DNA from: Antedon mediterranea | Taxonomy: Eukaryota; Animalia; Echinodermata | Length of the DNA: 64,000 nucleotides | Direction of reading: 5' to 3' | NCBI RefSeq assembly: GCF_964355755.1 | Contig: NC_092676.1 | Span: 11,137,888 to 11,201,887, forward strand | Part shown: piece by piece, positions 12,938 through 25,940 of the stretch | Numbering within the stretch: the stretch's first letter is position 1 | Layout of the letters: the number at the start of each line of letters is the position of its first letter | Translations under genes and position numbers: made by a program | Notes under the pieces: model-generated | What the model was told of the DNA's origin: nothing | What the model saw: only the letters and a program-made list of their open reading frames with translations | The model's database searches: none

Positions 12938-13760
12938 GCACAGACAGGCTTTTCCCATGGCTTAAATAGATTTTGCGATGCACCTATGACATCACAGCAA
13001 TTTACGGCAACGGCGAGCACGTGTGGCGATATCCTTAATCTCGCGATTGTTCTGAAATTATATGTGTACATCCCTAATACGTTGTAAAAACATGGTCCTC
13101 GGTCAAGTTGTCCTTTAAGGATCGAGAATGCACAGGCAGCTTTATTCCATGGGCCGCGCCTGTCTATATGAACCCACAGTGTCACCCATTAAATTTCCAT
13201 TATGGGGCTTAATGTCCATCCATGGAGGACCGGCCCTTGGGTTAATTTGGGCAAATCCATAAATTTTCCTTAAGGATCGAGAGTGCACAGGCAGCTTTAT
13301 TCCATGGGCCGCGCCTGTCTATATGAACCCACAGTGTCACCCCTTATATTTCCATTATGGGGCTGAATGTCCATCCATGGAGTCAAATCCATAAATGTTC
13401 CTTTTTTTCAGATTATCTATGAACCCACATTTTCACCCCACATACAGTATTTCCAATATAGGGTATCTTGTAGCCCCACATAGAGAACCCCGAAAGGTCC
13501 ATGAAGGATCGGCCCTTTGGGTTCATTTCCATCCATAAATCCATAAATGTTTTTTAAAGCTTGGGGGTGCACATTTAATTTTATTCCATAGTTCATCTAT
13601 GAACTATTTACCCCATATTAATTTCTAATACAGGGCCTTATGTAGCACACCACATAGAAATCCCAAAAGGGTCCTTAGAGGGTTCATTCGGACAAATCCA
13701 CATGGGTTATTTTAGAATCCTTTGTGTACAGGCAACTCTTTCCTGTATGGGCCAACTTAT
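12938..13760. repeat. Degenerate tandem-repeat host of the Gmr1 insertion
   Basis: Near-identical ~115-bp blocks at ~13111-13227 and ~13268-13383. The unit CCTTAAGGAT.GAG.GTGCACAG is reconstituted across the Gmr1 TSD. Confidence 0.65.
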
Positions 13761-14099
13761 TGGGACCAAATGTTTTACCCATTTCCATTACAGAGCCAGT
13801 ATGACCCATACAGAACAGAAAAGATCCAATCCCAAAAGGATCCCATATGGCATGCGAGATTATTCGGGAAAACTTTATAGGTTCCTTCATATGGAGAAGG
13901 TACCCTTTCCTGTACATAATTATTTTCGATGTGGGCTCTTCATACAGTACCAAAGTGTTACAGTCAATAGGTCAATCCATCAATAGGTTCTATAGTATTA
14001 CAAGGTCACTAATCACACAAGTTATTTTTCAAACATTATAATCCATTAGAGTGAATATAAGTATATAAGATATATTATTATAAACAATGTGCGCCTATT

Positions 14100-14960
14100 T
14101 TCAACTCTCTACGCCATGTCGTTATTTAGATGAGAAAAGCGGGTCAAATGCTAATACACCAAAAAATGCATGTTCCGGTCACATTTGGAAAACATGTTGC
14201 ACTATGACAAGTATAAACATATATATTGTGAACAATTTTACACCAAAATTGGCTCCCTACGAGAAATATTTAATAATTTATGTTATTATAATATAGAATA
14301 AACGTATTAAATTATGTCAAAGGTCAATAACTAAACTTCCGGTCATTTTCAAGCAATATCATCTGTTAAACTGAATATAAATGTATATTTTGGGAACAAT
14401 TTGAACCTATTTTTAATTCTCTCCTACCTGCCGTTACTTAGATATAGCGAAAAGAGGTCAAATGTCAAAATTGCTAAAAATGGTATTTCCGGTCAATTTT
14501 ACAAAGAAATTTCTGTTAGAGCTAACATAAATGTATACATTGTGAACAATTTGACACCAGAATGATCTCACTACGTCCAGCAGCCATTTTGTTTATGCTA
14601 ATTATGCAAATTGCTCATTGCTTTTATATTATGAAATTGTATTTATAAACGATGAGTAAATAAATGTGAATTAAATTGAATTGAATTGAATTGAAATTGG
14701 AAATATAAATATGCATGCTCTGAGTAATTTAAGACCAACCATGACTTTATATGACCTGCCTTTACCGAGATATGAATTCGGTAAAGATGATGGGTCAAAG
14801 GTCAAAATAATGGTTTCCGGTCATTTTTGGTCAAATGTTTCCATTATAGTAAATATGAATATGGGTCTTCTGAGTAGTTTAAAATCGCTGAAATAGGCCT
14901 AGTAGTTACCGAGATAGGATGTTTCAACCTAATTTGCATATTTATGCTAATTTGCATATG
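14100..14960. repeat. Degenerate ~120-bp units related to Academ subterminal repeats
   Basis: Recurring GGTCAAAGGTCAA...TTTCCGGTCATTTT...AACAATTTGACACC motifs, as at 39490-39760 and (inverted) 31800-32200/33985-34080. Confidence 0.55.
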
Positions 14961-15082
14961 AAGGCATCAGATTTCAGAGGGTTGATTTTCTGTGTGTGAT
15001 CAGGACCATATGTACACTCATTTAAAAACAAAAAACCTTTGCTTACATTTATGTTCAAGTTTATGCTTTATTCAGTAGTTAA

Positions 15083-15270
15083 TGACAGTGACAGTTTTAA
15101 CATGGTATTAAATCGCAAGTGTTTTACTGTATTTTAGTGATAGGTATATTATTTATAGGCCTATAAAACATGAAACAAATATTTGGTTACTGAGTGGATA
15201 AAAATATATTTAAAAATTGTTCCTCTTTGTACCCATCCCCTTCCCCATCCCTCACCCCTAATGTTACATA
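15083..15270 (+). repeat. Fragment shared with the interior of Helitron A
   Basis: Reverse complement of ~56661-56851. Confidence 0.75.
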
Positions 15271-18200
15271 CAAAACACAAATTGGGCTTGTTTAAATGAG
15301 TCCAAATAACAAATTTAGACTCAAGTTTCTTTTTCGGAAGTAATTCCCATGGTGCTAATTTCAGTTGAGTACATAAATCATTGTCTATGTATTCGTTTCT
15401 GTAAACGACAATGTATTATAGTCCTGCGGCGGTACGTACATTTTAAATTGCCAGTTTTTTTACGCTGAAATTACTGTGTATTCGAGAACAATCTGTGTCA
15501 CCCGATTCTCGTACGGTTCATGTCTAACAACAAGAAACTGCTGCGCTGTTCCATGTCAAGCGACGATAACAGGCCCATCCATATCACGCATGTGTCACTG
15601 TTGCATGTCCCAGTACTGTACTACTGTAAAACTTCATTCATCTAATGTGAAATTGTCCGCCGGCAACCAGCAGACTGAATGAATAATTTCAATTGATATT
15701 ATTTTGATCATATTTGTTAATATATTGTAATATCAGTTGCATGGACATTTCATTTACACTTTTATTAAATGCATTATTATATTTTTTTACTTGCCTGACA
15801 TATTATATCTATTAATTTTTTATTGACAGATTAAGTGATATTTTATTTTAAAAATCGCGTATCAAAAGGTCATCTTTTGACATAAATTAAAAATAATACT
15901 TACGTATAAACTATTTAAATTAAGTATAAAAAATATCAAGTGATGCATTATCCTGCCTATAATATTATATAAGCTTAGTTATATTAAAACTTAATTGTAT
16001 AGTAGATATTGTATATTATAGCGATGTAAAACTGTGTTAACAAGTTGTCGCGCCTGCTGGCCATCAACCAGCTACCACATTACGTACGTGCCGTGTGCAC
16101 CTAGATCAATTGCTGGATTGAATCGGTCTGGTCAATTCGTCCCTCATTCGTACCAATGTTAGTTAGGATCTATCTGCTTGATCAATTCCTACTTGGTTGT
16201 CTTTGTCCCTTAAAATTCTATTAAATGTACATTAAATATTGAATAAACTGACCATCTGGTAGTAGGTTATGATAGCTCTCTAGAATCCCCTAGATAGTCT
16301 TAGTCTACTAGGCTAGCCTAGTTTAGTACTACTACTAGCCTATATAGCCTAGCTAGGCTAGGCCTAGTCTAGGGCCTTTGGGCCTTGTTTAGGTAGGTAG
16401 GCCAGGCCTAGCCTACTAGACCCTCTCGCCTACCACAGGCCCTATGCCATAGCCCCAAAAAGGTTAGTAGGAAGGATGCTGGTGAACCCGTATCCAAACC
16501 AACTCGTACCCGGATGCCAACTCGTACCCAACAAGGGCCAAATTGGTCAACTCGTACTCACTTTGGCTAACCCGTACCCAAATCAACCAGTACCTAATTA
16601 TTTGGCTTACTCGTAACGGATCCTATTAAACCTATGCTAGTAGCTAAGCATAGCCGGTTGTCAAACTAATAATTAGGTTCACAGATGATGAGGGTCATTT
16701 CAAGACGATCATGACAAACTAATTAATGTACTAATTCAGGACGTTTGGGCCGCAAATTTGTTTTTTTAAATGGGAAAAGACAATCAGTTCATTCATAATA
16801 ACAACATTTTATAAAACAGATGATTATTTGTACTACTGTATTAAACAAATTTGCACATTTTTTTTCCCCTCAGTTTTGAAAAATGAGGTCAAATGATGTT
16901 ATAAATAAACGCAGTACTCAACTAAATTGAAGATTGCAAATGTAAATTAGGTAAAAAATGAATATTATTATTATAACGATAAATTTAAGTTGTTTCTCTC
17001 TTTATTATCCATGGCATGTCGAAAAGTAGGTACTGTATAAGAACTCATAAAACAGTTGATCATGGAATATTGGTTATTTAAAATATTGAAAAAGATTTTC
17101 AAACCAGAATATAAAACAACCAAGCCCAGCTAAACATTAGAACTATCAGACCCAACGGTAAGACTATTGTGCCCAACGCCTATGACTGACCCAAAACTGA
17201 AGATGATGGGCCGGCGGGCCCACAGTTCATGTGGTGCAGATTTTAATAATGAACATTTTTTTTTATGTTTGGACTGTGGTCCAAAGTATATTTCTGCCAG
17301 TCATGTCTGCTGGTAACACACCGGCAGAAAATTCTTCATGTTCTTGAAATTTGTAAAGTAAGTAAAATCATTCACAAGTTATGACAGTTTTACTGTTTTT
17401 CCCCAGTGTCCAAGTTTACACGTGCCAAACTTACGTGTTGGCTGATGTCTGATGTCAACTATCGTGTTTAATTATAAGCCAGCAAATTTGATTCACATAA
17501 TCTGATTTAACATTTAAATGTATGGAACATTTGTTAGACCTACCAACTTACTTGCTGCTAAGGCTTTCTGCTAAACCTTTTGAGGTTACAGTTATGTTTA
17601 ACACGCTAAAAATACACAGATTACGTGTAATGAAAATCTGAAAAAAAGGTATTCTGAAAAAAAGAAGCGAGTTAAAGAATCATAAATTTAGCCGATACCG
17701 TGTTGATGTGTTCTCAGGCTATAGTTTGACCTCTTGTTAAACAGTAATTATTGACAGTTAATATATATGGTAGGGTTGATGTGTAGTTTTTAAAACAAAT
17801 CGAGGGAAATACTGTATTGTTATGAATATTATACCAGCATAGGCCTAGGCATAGTGAGTAAAATTTTAACTAAAATGCTTTGAAAACTAGGCAGGCTATG
17901 GCTGCTAAGCTAGCCCTAGCCAAATAACAATTTTAATCTAAGCAAAATATTTTGGTTAAAACTTAGCATTATGGTTTTGCTACAATTATTAAGTGTATGT
18001 TGAAAAACTTATGGACGAAAAAGGCTCCACTATAAAAATCAAAATGGCGAAATGCTTGAAATCATGATATTGCAAAAATTTAGTGCCATGAAAATAAAAG
18101 ATTTTACAGTATATCATTGTAACTGTACCTGAGAGTTTTATTTTATATTAGTACAATGCCAGTACAACTTTTTGTACATGCCATGTAACTAACAAAATGA

Positions 18201-18636
18201 TTAGATGGTTTGTCAACAAGCTATAAATTGCTGGGTTTTTAATATTAGTTGCATTTTCAGTACAACTTGTTGAAGATAAAATACTAGCTCTAAAATACTA
18301 GTCTACTAGCTGTCTATTTTAGACTTCATAGTTTAATTACTAAACATGTCTTAATTAGGCATTATCATTTTGTTTCTGTCCACAGTTTGTTCCTATTGAA
18401 CTTGCAGCATTTCCAGAGAAATATCATGAGGATGTTGATATTAAAAGTAAGTTGTGATTTTACTAAACAGCCATGTACAGCCAAATTTGCCTCTATTCAC
18501 TGTTTGTGCTTTGTAGTTTTATATTAGTGGCATTGCCAGTACAACTTGATGTAGGCCTACATAGCATATCAACTAACATAATATCATTAGATGATTTGTC
18601 TACTACTAGCTGTCTATTTTAACTTCATAATTTAAC

Positions 18637-18673
18637 CATGGACCTATAAATTAATCTAATTTATAGGTCCATG
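18637..18673. mobile_element. 37-bp palindrome with 7-bp TSD (probable P-type excision footprint)
   Basis: CATGGACCTATAAATTA-atc-TAATTTATAGGTCCATG (17-bp arms), flanked by ATTTAAC on both sides; absent from the paralogous unit near 18325. Confidence 0.8.
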
Positions 18674-19029
18674 ATTTAACTAAGAAATATGTCCTAATCA
18701 GTCATTGTGCTTCTATCCACAGGTTGTCATGCATGCTATTGGAAAAAATTCCCATAGAAATGTCATGAGGATGTTGATATTGTGCACATTAAAAGTAAGT
18801 TATGAGTCTACAGCACAGTCTAGTTTAAAGCCAAATTTGCACTTATTCACTTTGTGGTATTGTGCACAGTCAGGTAGACAGCCCAATTTGCCTCTATTCA
18901 CTGTTTGTACTGTGTAGTTGTATTGGTATTGATGCCAGTGTTTTCTATTTGTTGCATTGCCAGTGCAACTTGCTGTACATATTAACTAACATAATGATTA
19001 CATGGTTTGTCTACTAGCTGTCGATTTTA

Positions 19030-19830
19030 AGTTTCTTGGACTCTGTTTTTAATCCTTTTTGGTTTTTTTCAATGTAATTAATAAAGAACCTACTTATGTT
19101 TTAGACCTGATTTGTTGCAATAAGGATATTTCTAATAGTGTTAATTGTAATGATGACATTTTTAATTCTGATCATTCTTCTTTAACCGTACTTATACATA
19201 TTGTAATAGCATACGTGATGTTGATCATTTTGAATAATTTTCAATTTTTAAAGACTAAATAATGCTGACTGAATTGATACTTTGTATCATATACCGTGTA
19301 TTCTCTTGGAATTGTGCAATAATGTTGATGAATCTGTGTGACCTTCTAAATAATGCTGACTGAATTGATACTTTGTATCATATACCGTGTATTCTCTTGG
19401 AATTGTGCAATAATGTTGATGAATCTGTGTGACCTTTTCTATGATTTTGTTTTAGCTACTGCTTGCGATCTTGTTCCTATGTATAAACCTCGTAGGAAGC
19501 TACCTCCATTGTTTGATGCTGAACTTTTTGCTAGTGTTAAGTCCAAAGAAAAATCCTTAAATTCAAGAAGAAGTATCTTACTGATTCTGTATTACTGCTC
19601 TTGCAAATTTCAAAAAACCTTTGTAGGAGCAAGTACTACTCTTACTTACAAGCACTTGCTAATGAAATGAAATGTAACAACAACAAATTTTGGTCTTGGA
19701 TGAAGAAGTCTTATAAATCTAATTACTCTTAACCGTCAGCCTTAAATCTTGGAGGTACTTCTGTTTTTAAGCTGAGATGCTTAACAAAAGGCTGATATGT
19801 TTAACAATTATTTTCAATCAATCTTTAAAG
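19030..19830 (+). pseudogene. Degraded CR1/L2-type LINE fragment (endonuclease end and tether)
   Basis: LDLICCN...SDH, KFWSWMK and KADMFNNYFQS remnants; 92-bp tandem duplication at ~19257-19436. Confidence 0.6.
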
Positions 19831-22348
19831 CTACAGTAGTGGTCCATATGAAATATCATGAGGATGGGGATATTTTTGTGCAGATTAAAAGTAAGTCTAC
19901 AATACAGCAGCCTAGTACAAAGCCAGATTTTCCCCTATCCACTGTTTGTGTTAATGTGTAGATACACTTGTATTCATTTCTGTGTTTTTATTTAGTTGCA
20001 ACGGCAACATTGTACATGGCATATTATTTTACACAATTAAATAGTTGGTTTCTTTAACATTATCATTTTTACTAATCATTTTATGTTATGTTGTATGTTA
20101 TTAATGTGTTGTTTCGGTGATCATGTAATTACAGTTGTATTTATTGTTACAGGATAAAATACAGGATTGTGTCGTGTGAATACATAAACAGACATATGAA
20201 GAAATATGGTTTGAGGATGAAATGCCATCACCCGTCCAAGACAGAATTTAGCACCTAAAAATATTCCTTAATTATGAAAAAGCATTATCAAATAAACATT
20301 TCAAAAATAAATATCAAATAATTTTAGTGGTATGTGATATTTTAGTGTGACAAAGAAATTACTGTTAATAAAATAATTTTGTATTTCGCAGAGATGTTTT
20401 AGATATTTATAGTACAAATTAATATTTTGTTTTATCAATTAACAATACAATAAATTACACGTCTTGTTGTTACTATTGATTTATATGGTATTGCAATAAA
20501 ATGTATACAACACTCCTAGTTTCTTGAGAGTATATTTTGCAACAGAGCAATGCATTATTACAGGCCTACTTTTAGTAATGTTCACTTTGTAATACCCTTG
20601 TACCAATTGATGGATGTTGCACATTATGCGAAATAATAATGGTTATAATAAGCATTATTAGTCATGTTACTGTTAAATATTCCACTAAAAGGCTGAAATG
20701 AAGAAAATCGAGAGTTCATGAAAAATGTTGTAACGTCGTCATAATGGCCACTCGAATATTCATTCATTCATTTATTTCGACAAATGGGTTCGAATAACCC
20801 CTTACCCCCCCCCCCCCCAACTCCACCCACCACAAAGTGCCCTTTTCACACAGAGACCATCAGCGAAATTGCTAGTAAATGCCTAACTCATGAGAATTAT
20901 GGCCAATTCTCCTAGCCAGCCAGACATTTTTTTCATCTACTACAGTAGGTAGACTTAAATATATTTTTTCTTCAGTTGCTTGCATTTTCCCCTTTTTAAA
21001 GAAAAAAAATGGCCACGGGTGCACTATGTAGGGTGTTATAACTGTTTTTGATAACATCCTCTTCCCATGTACCCGTATTTATGTGTAATTAATAAAATGA
21101 TATTAGGTAGTTCATTTAGACGTGTAGCTACACCTGAAAGGGTCAATTTCAATCAACTAAGTTTAATACATTTTAAAATAAGGCATTAGGCCTAATAATA
21201 GTAACATATTTTTTTATTTAGAATAATACTCTGTCTCCGTAAAAAAAAATGTTGTGTCACTTAAAGTTGTAAGATTTGCCTTCACCTATTATTATTGTAA
21301 AAGAATAATACTGTGTCATTCTTTTTGTTTTTTTAATTGTACATTATTAATAGGAGCATTTTCACTAAAAAATGAGTTCAAGTTGCATAGTGTGTTCATA
21401 GGCATCATATTTTGAAAATACAAATGGTCCAAACAATCTAAAATCTTAGTAAATTACCCAATTTTTCTACCAAAGATGAACACATACATATAAAATGCTT
21501 GTACCAAATTTGAACAAAATTGCAATTGATTAAGTATTTTTCCGCGATAGTTTTTGAATGCTGTTTTACAGTTTTATTATTAGTCCAAATAATATAAATT
21601 TCAATTACCAATACAAATCTAACTTTCCAATATAATTGTATTACAATTTTGGAATTAAATGCTGTTTTATGTGTGGAACAAACTTACACTATTAAATATT
21701 AAGTATGTGTACTAATTAGTCATTAATTAGCTATTATTTGACATTTATTTTTTCGTTATTTAAAATCTACGCGAAAAAATCGGAGAGGACGCTGTTTTGC
21801 TGGTAAATTGATATGGTTAGTGTGTGTGTTATTCTTCCGCTCGAGTATTCTTTAACTCACAGACTTCATCGCACAGGTACGGAGCTCCCAATTATTTTTG
21901 TATTCTTACACTACAGGAAAGGATATTCCATTTTGCTAAAGGAACCGTTAATTAATGCAATATGTTTATTTATTTTCAATTCATTTAATCAAGAAAGGAA
22001 ACTAATGTCTAAAAAAATAAAGTATGAAACATAATGAATTAAAATAATAAGTACTTCCAATATGAGAAAATATATTATCAATGTGTAAAATATCTAGCAA
22101 TGCATGCCTTAATAGTAAATTGACGAGTCTCACTAAATATTGTAGGCTAGCTAGTGGTGGTTCAGTGTATGGGGAACCGGGAAGAGATTCGCTCTAGCCG
22201 CGTATGCTTATTAGTCACTCCGCGAGAGAGGTCGGCCTACGAGTAGGTCTTTTGGCCGGTCTTCTTTAGTGGGGGCCTAGCTCATGTCTACCAGAGTGCC
22301 TCGGCGGGCTCTGAGGGCTCTACCTCCTACCTATACCCAGCAGAAGGC

Positions 22349-24392
22349 GGGATCCAGTCAAGTCGCCCCATCGCAAAGTCGCCCCATACAAAGTCGCCCA
22401 ATACAAAGTCGCCCCATCGCAAAGTCGCCCCAAAACAAAGTCGCCCCGGCACAGTCGCCCCATTTCAAAGTCGCCCCATTACAAAGTCGCCCCATCGCAA
22501 ATTCGCCCCATCGCAAAGTCGCCCCAACGCAAAGTCGCCCAATCGCAAAGTCGCCCACGGTTTTAATCATATCGGTTGCGTTTGACATCGATTGCGTTGT
22601 TACTTTGAATGTCGTATACATTAATGTTTATCCTATTATATACATAATATGTGTTTTAATTTGTATTTTACAGGTTTTAATGGAGTGATGTGCTTTTTAA
22701 AAATCATTAAAAAAATAGTCCCTTGTTTGAAAGTTTTAAAAAGATTATCCCTGATTTATAGTTTCGAAAATGTTAATTTAATATGATTTTAAAATTAGTT
22801 ACCAGAGCCACAATTACAATTTCTTCAACCTACGCGATACCAGCTCATTTTTTAGGATAATAGCCTATAATAAATGTATAAATGTGTAGTAGGCCTTCGT
22901 ATAGATTTACAGTAGTTAAAACAATAACAGTGTTGTAAGACGAGTGTTATAGGCTACTTATTGATCATTTTGCATTTATTGACAAGTTATGTGTCTTAAT
23001 TTTATAATGACTTTTCAAAATGAATATGATTGTTTTACATGCAAGTATTAGTAAAATTAAAACGCGACATTTTGACCATGGAAAAACCATCGTACAGTAT
23101 CGTGTGCGTGTTTTTTAAAAAGGGGAATCCCCGACGGTCAGCAGAAAGACGTAGCAGCTGTGAGGAAACAGATACCAGAAGGCGCAGCTCCGATTGGATT
23201 CAGAGAATGTTTCAGATGGCGAGTCGCCTTTTATTCAACAGCACAATGATCATTTTACTGAAGAAATTTTTTTCAATCCTTTTGGTTATAGAACATTCTA
23301 ATTATAATGCCTAATAAATATCCTCATATCAGGTGTTTATTTAATTTTAAATTAAACAAGACAGTGAAGAGGCACGGAATAATACGTACACGGACGTACG
23401 ACAAATACACACACGCACGTTATCATTTACGACATATAGTGGTGATATGATGCAATTTTATAATGGGATATAATGATGGGATTGCCTTTCCAGGAGTCTT
23501 ACAATCAATGTTCACTGTAATACTATGTATATAATAGTAAACTGAATGTTTATAAATGAATTGTTTTACGTAATTTGTTGCATATAAAATAAAAGACACA
23601 GACGTAGCCTACGTTTCCTATAAAATATTTCACATTTAAATAATTATGTACTGTTAAATGACATTATGCTGGATAATACTATATCTTAAACTATGTTTAC
23701 AAATTGTCATTTTTTAAGCCACACATCTTTCTCATCATAGACCTACTGACCTGTAAAATAAAAACAAAATCAATTATTAATATAGGCCTAATAATAATAA
23801 TAAATATTCATCGACCAAAGTAAAAATAATCTAGATCGTATAACATCATTTTATCGCGACCGATTTCGAACGCGACTGATGATATCATCGTAAAACTCTG
23901 GCGGGGTTTCCCCATCTTCAGATGGTGCGTTGTAGAGTGCGACAACGGCAACGGCGGAGTAATTACGGGGGTTTCCCTCTGGTAAGCTAGCACGTTAGAG
24001 TGTGCGACCGCGGAGTGCGACCGAGTGATTAGTCGGGGGCTTCCTCTCTGATATGGGGGTGCGTGCCGATCGTGTGACCTGAGACTACATGGCGGGGCTT
24101 CCCCTTTTATGCCTACACGTTCTGTGTTATTTTGTGTATCATTGCAACATTTTACGCACTTGTAAACTATTTTTTAACGTTTTGGGGCGACTTTGCGATA
24201 GGGCGACTTTGTGATGGGGCGACTTTGCGATAGGGCGACTTTGCGTTGGGGCGACTTTGCGATGGGGCGACTTTGCGATAGGGCGACTGTGTCGGGGCGA
24301 CTTTGTTTTGGGGCGACTTTGCGATGGGGCGACTGTGTAAGGGGCGACTTTGTATGGGGCGACTTTGCGATGGGGCGACTTGACTAGCATCC
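22349..24392. mobile_element. MITE with inverted subterminal AAAGTCGCCCC arrays (MULE/hAT-like)
   Basis: Termini GGATCCAGTCAAGTCGCCCC / GGGGCGACTTGACTAGCATCC; 15-17-bp tandem arrays at 22359-22557 and inverted at 24183-24383; TSD CAGAAGGC (22341-22348 / 24393-24400). Confidence 0.85.
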
Positions 24393-24927
24393 CAGAAGGC
24401 AAGGCCGATGCTAGACAAGACCATTTTTAAATAGGGAAGTTACTAGTAGTTCCATTTATTTCTAGTTTAATAAATCAAATAATAACACTTATTTATACTA
24501 CCTAAACAGAAACAAATTATGAAATGTGATGAAATGAAATAATAGTTAGGCCTACTGTTACGGGAAAATATGTTATCCATGGAGTAATAAAAAATATCAA
24601 CAATAAAGTTGACGAGTCTCTGGCCAAAAACTAACTAAACTAACTCTTCTTATACTTACAGCAAAGTTGTCTCAAAGAAAGCTTGAGTCTAAATAATTTC
24701 TTTGAATACTAAAAACAGGCCTAATGATGAAGGCTGCCTAGCCTACTACATACTAGTACTGTACTAGTATGCGTTATACAAATTTAAAACCATCCATTAT
24801 TATATATTCTATAGGCCTACCTGTACGACCACCGGACGACCACTGTAAAACTAAAAGCCATGTTACAGTTTATGAAATGTTTAATCCTATAAAAAATTCA
24901 CTGTCCGTCTCAATTTCTACATTGCAG

Positions 24928-25940
24928 TCAAGATGGTAGCAGCCAATATTATTAAGCATCTTTATTAGTGTATCAAATCAAATTTCTCATGATTTAGAAG
25001 GTCTCTTGAAAACCTTAGAATGGTTTAGCACCACTCGCAGAGAGCGGCATGATTTAGAGGTACAATACCACCAAAGCAAAGCAATTTTTATCAGTTCACA
25101 TCATTTGTGTGCGGTAAGTAGCTTCTCAGAGATTATACCTTAATTCTCATCCTAAAAAGTACTTATTACACTTTATAACAAATTCTGTGAGAAATATATA
25201 TATATATTTTGTTTGCTGCATGGTAACATTAAAAGCTAATTTTATTGTATCATTACTAAAATATCTAATGCAGTGACGTATTTATATTTTTCAGCTACAG
25301 ATATGGAAAATTTATGTAAAAGTGTGGGTACCCATCAATGAGAATAATCCAGGTAATGTGTTTGTATATGTAGAGTAACATATATGTAGAATAACATATA
25401 CATAACTGTACAATATTATAGCATCATCCAAATAAATCTACTATAAAACCAATGCATCTTTAAGATAGGTAGAAACAGTTATTGGTGTGCCACCACCCTT
25501 TACCAGATCAGTCAATAATGAAATTGGCCCTTTAACTTGTAAATTGTGAAGTTGATCAACAATAAAATAATCTGGTCATTGTTATTGATATGAGCATTAA
25601 TTATTAGCTCAGATAAATCCATCCAACCGCTGCCACTCACTTTCCTATTGGACGGGGAATTGAACCTGTGAGGTGTGGGTGAAAGCCAGAATTTATTGCC
25701 GCTAAGATAAAGGGGACTTGCTTAGGAGCTAATAGGACTGTTTTTTCACACAGACTACATGTATATGATGTAATTGACATTTTATTAATTGCATTTTTTC
25801 AGGTGTATTTGATTTGGAGCACATTGTCAAAACTCGGTATAGAAGAAAAAAGAAGGAATACTTGGTATTAAGTGGATTGGGTTCCCGAGTCCGAGTGTAC
25901 CTGGGAACCATGGCAAAACATTCCACGACATTTAAGGGGG
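24928..25940 (+). pseudogene. Spliced, decayed gene ending in a chromodomain (cargo of the 13.5-kb element)
   Basis: GT-AG exons 24928-25113, 25295-25352 and 25803-> join in frame. The last exon reads VFDLEHIVKTRYRRKKKEYL(V/I)KWIGFP.SECTWEPWQNI with two frameshifts; there is one stop in the first exon. Confidence 0.7.

Noticed and set aside
15476-15682. Duplicated small Cys-rich protein (also 28811-29032)
   Set aside because: Both ORFs are translations of the two TIRs.
21225-21860. Possible Tc1/mariner MITE starting TACTCTGTCTCCG
   Set aside because: No convincing matching inverted end found.
22359-22557. CRISPR-like regular repeats (also 11377-11640, 24183-24383, 52936-53216)
   Set aside because: Units are contiguous with no unique spacers and no cas genes, and the context is eukaryotic. 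They are subterminal arrays of TIR elements.
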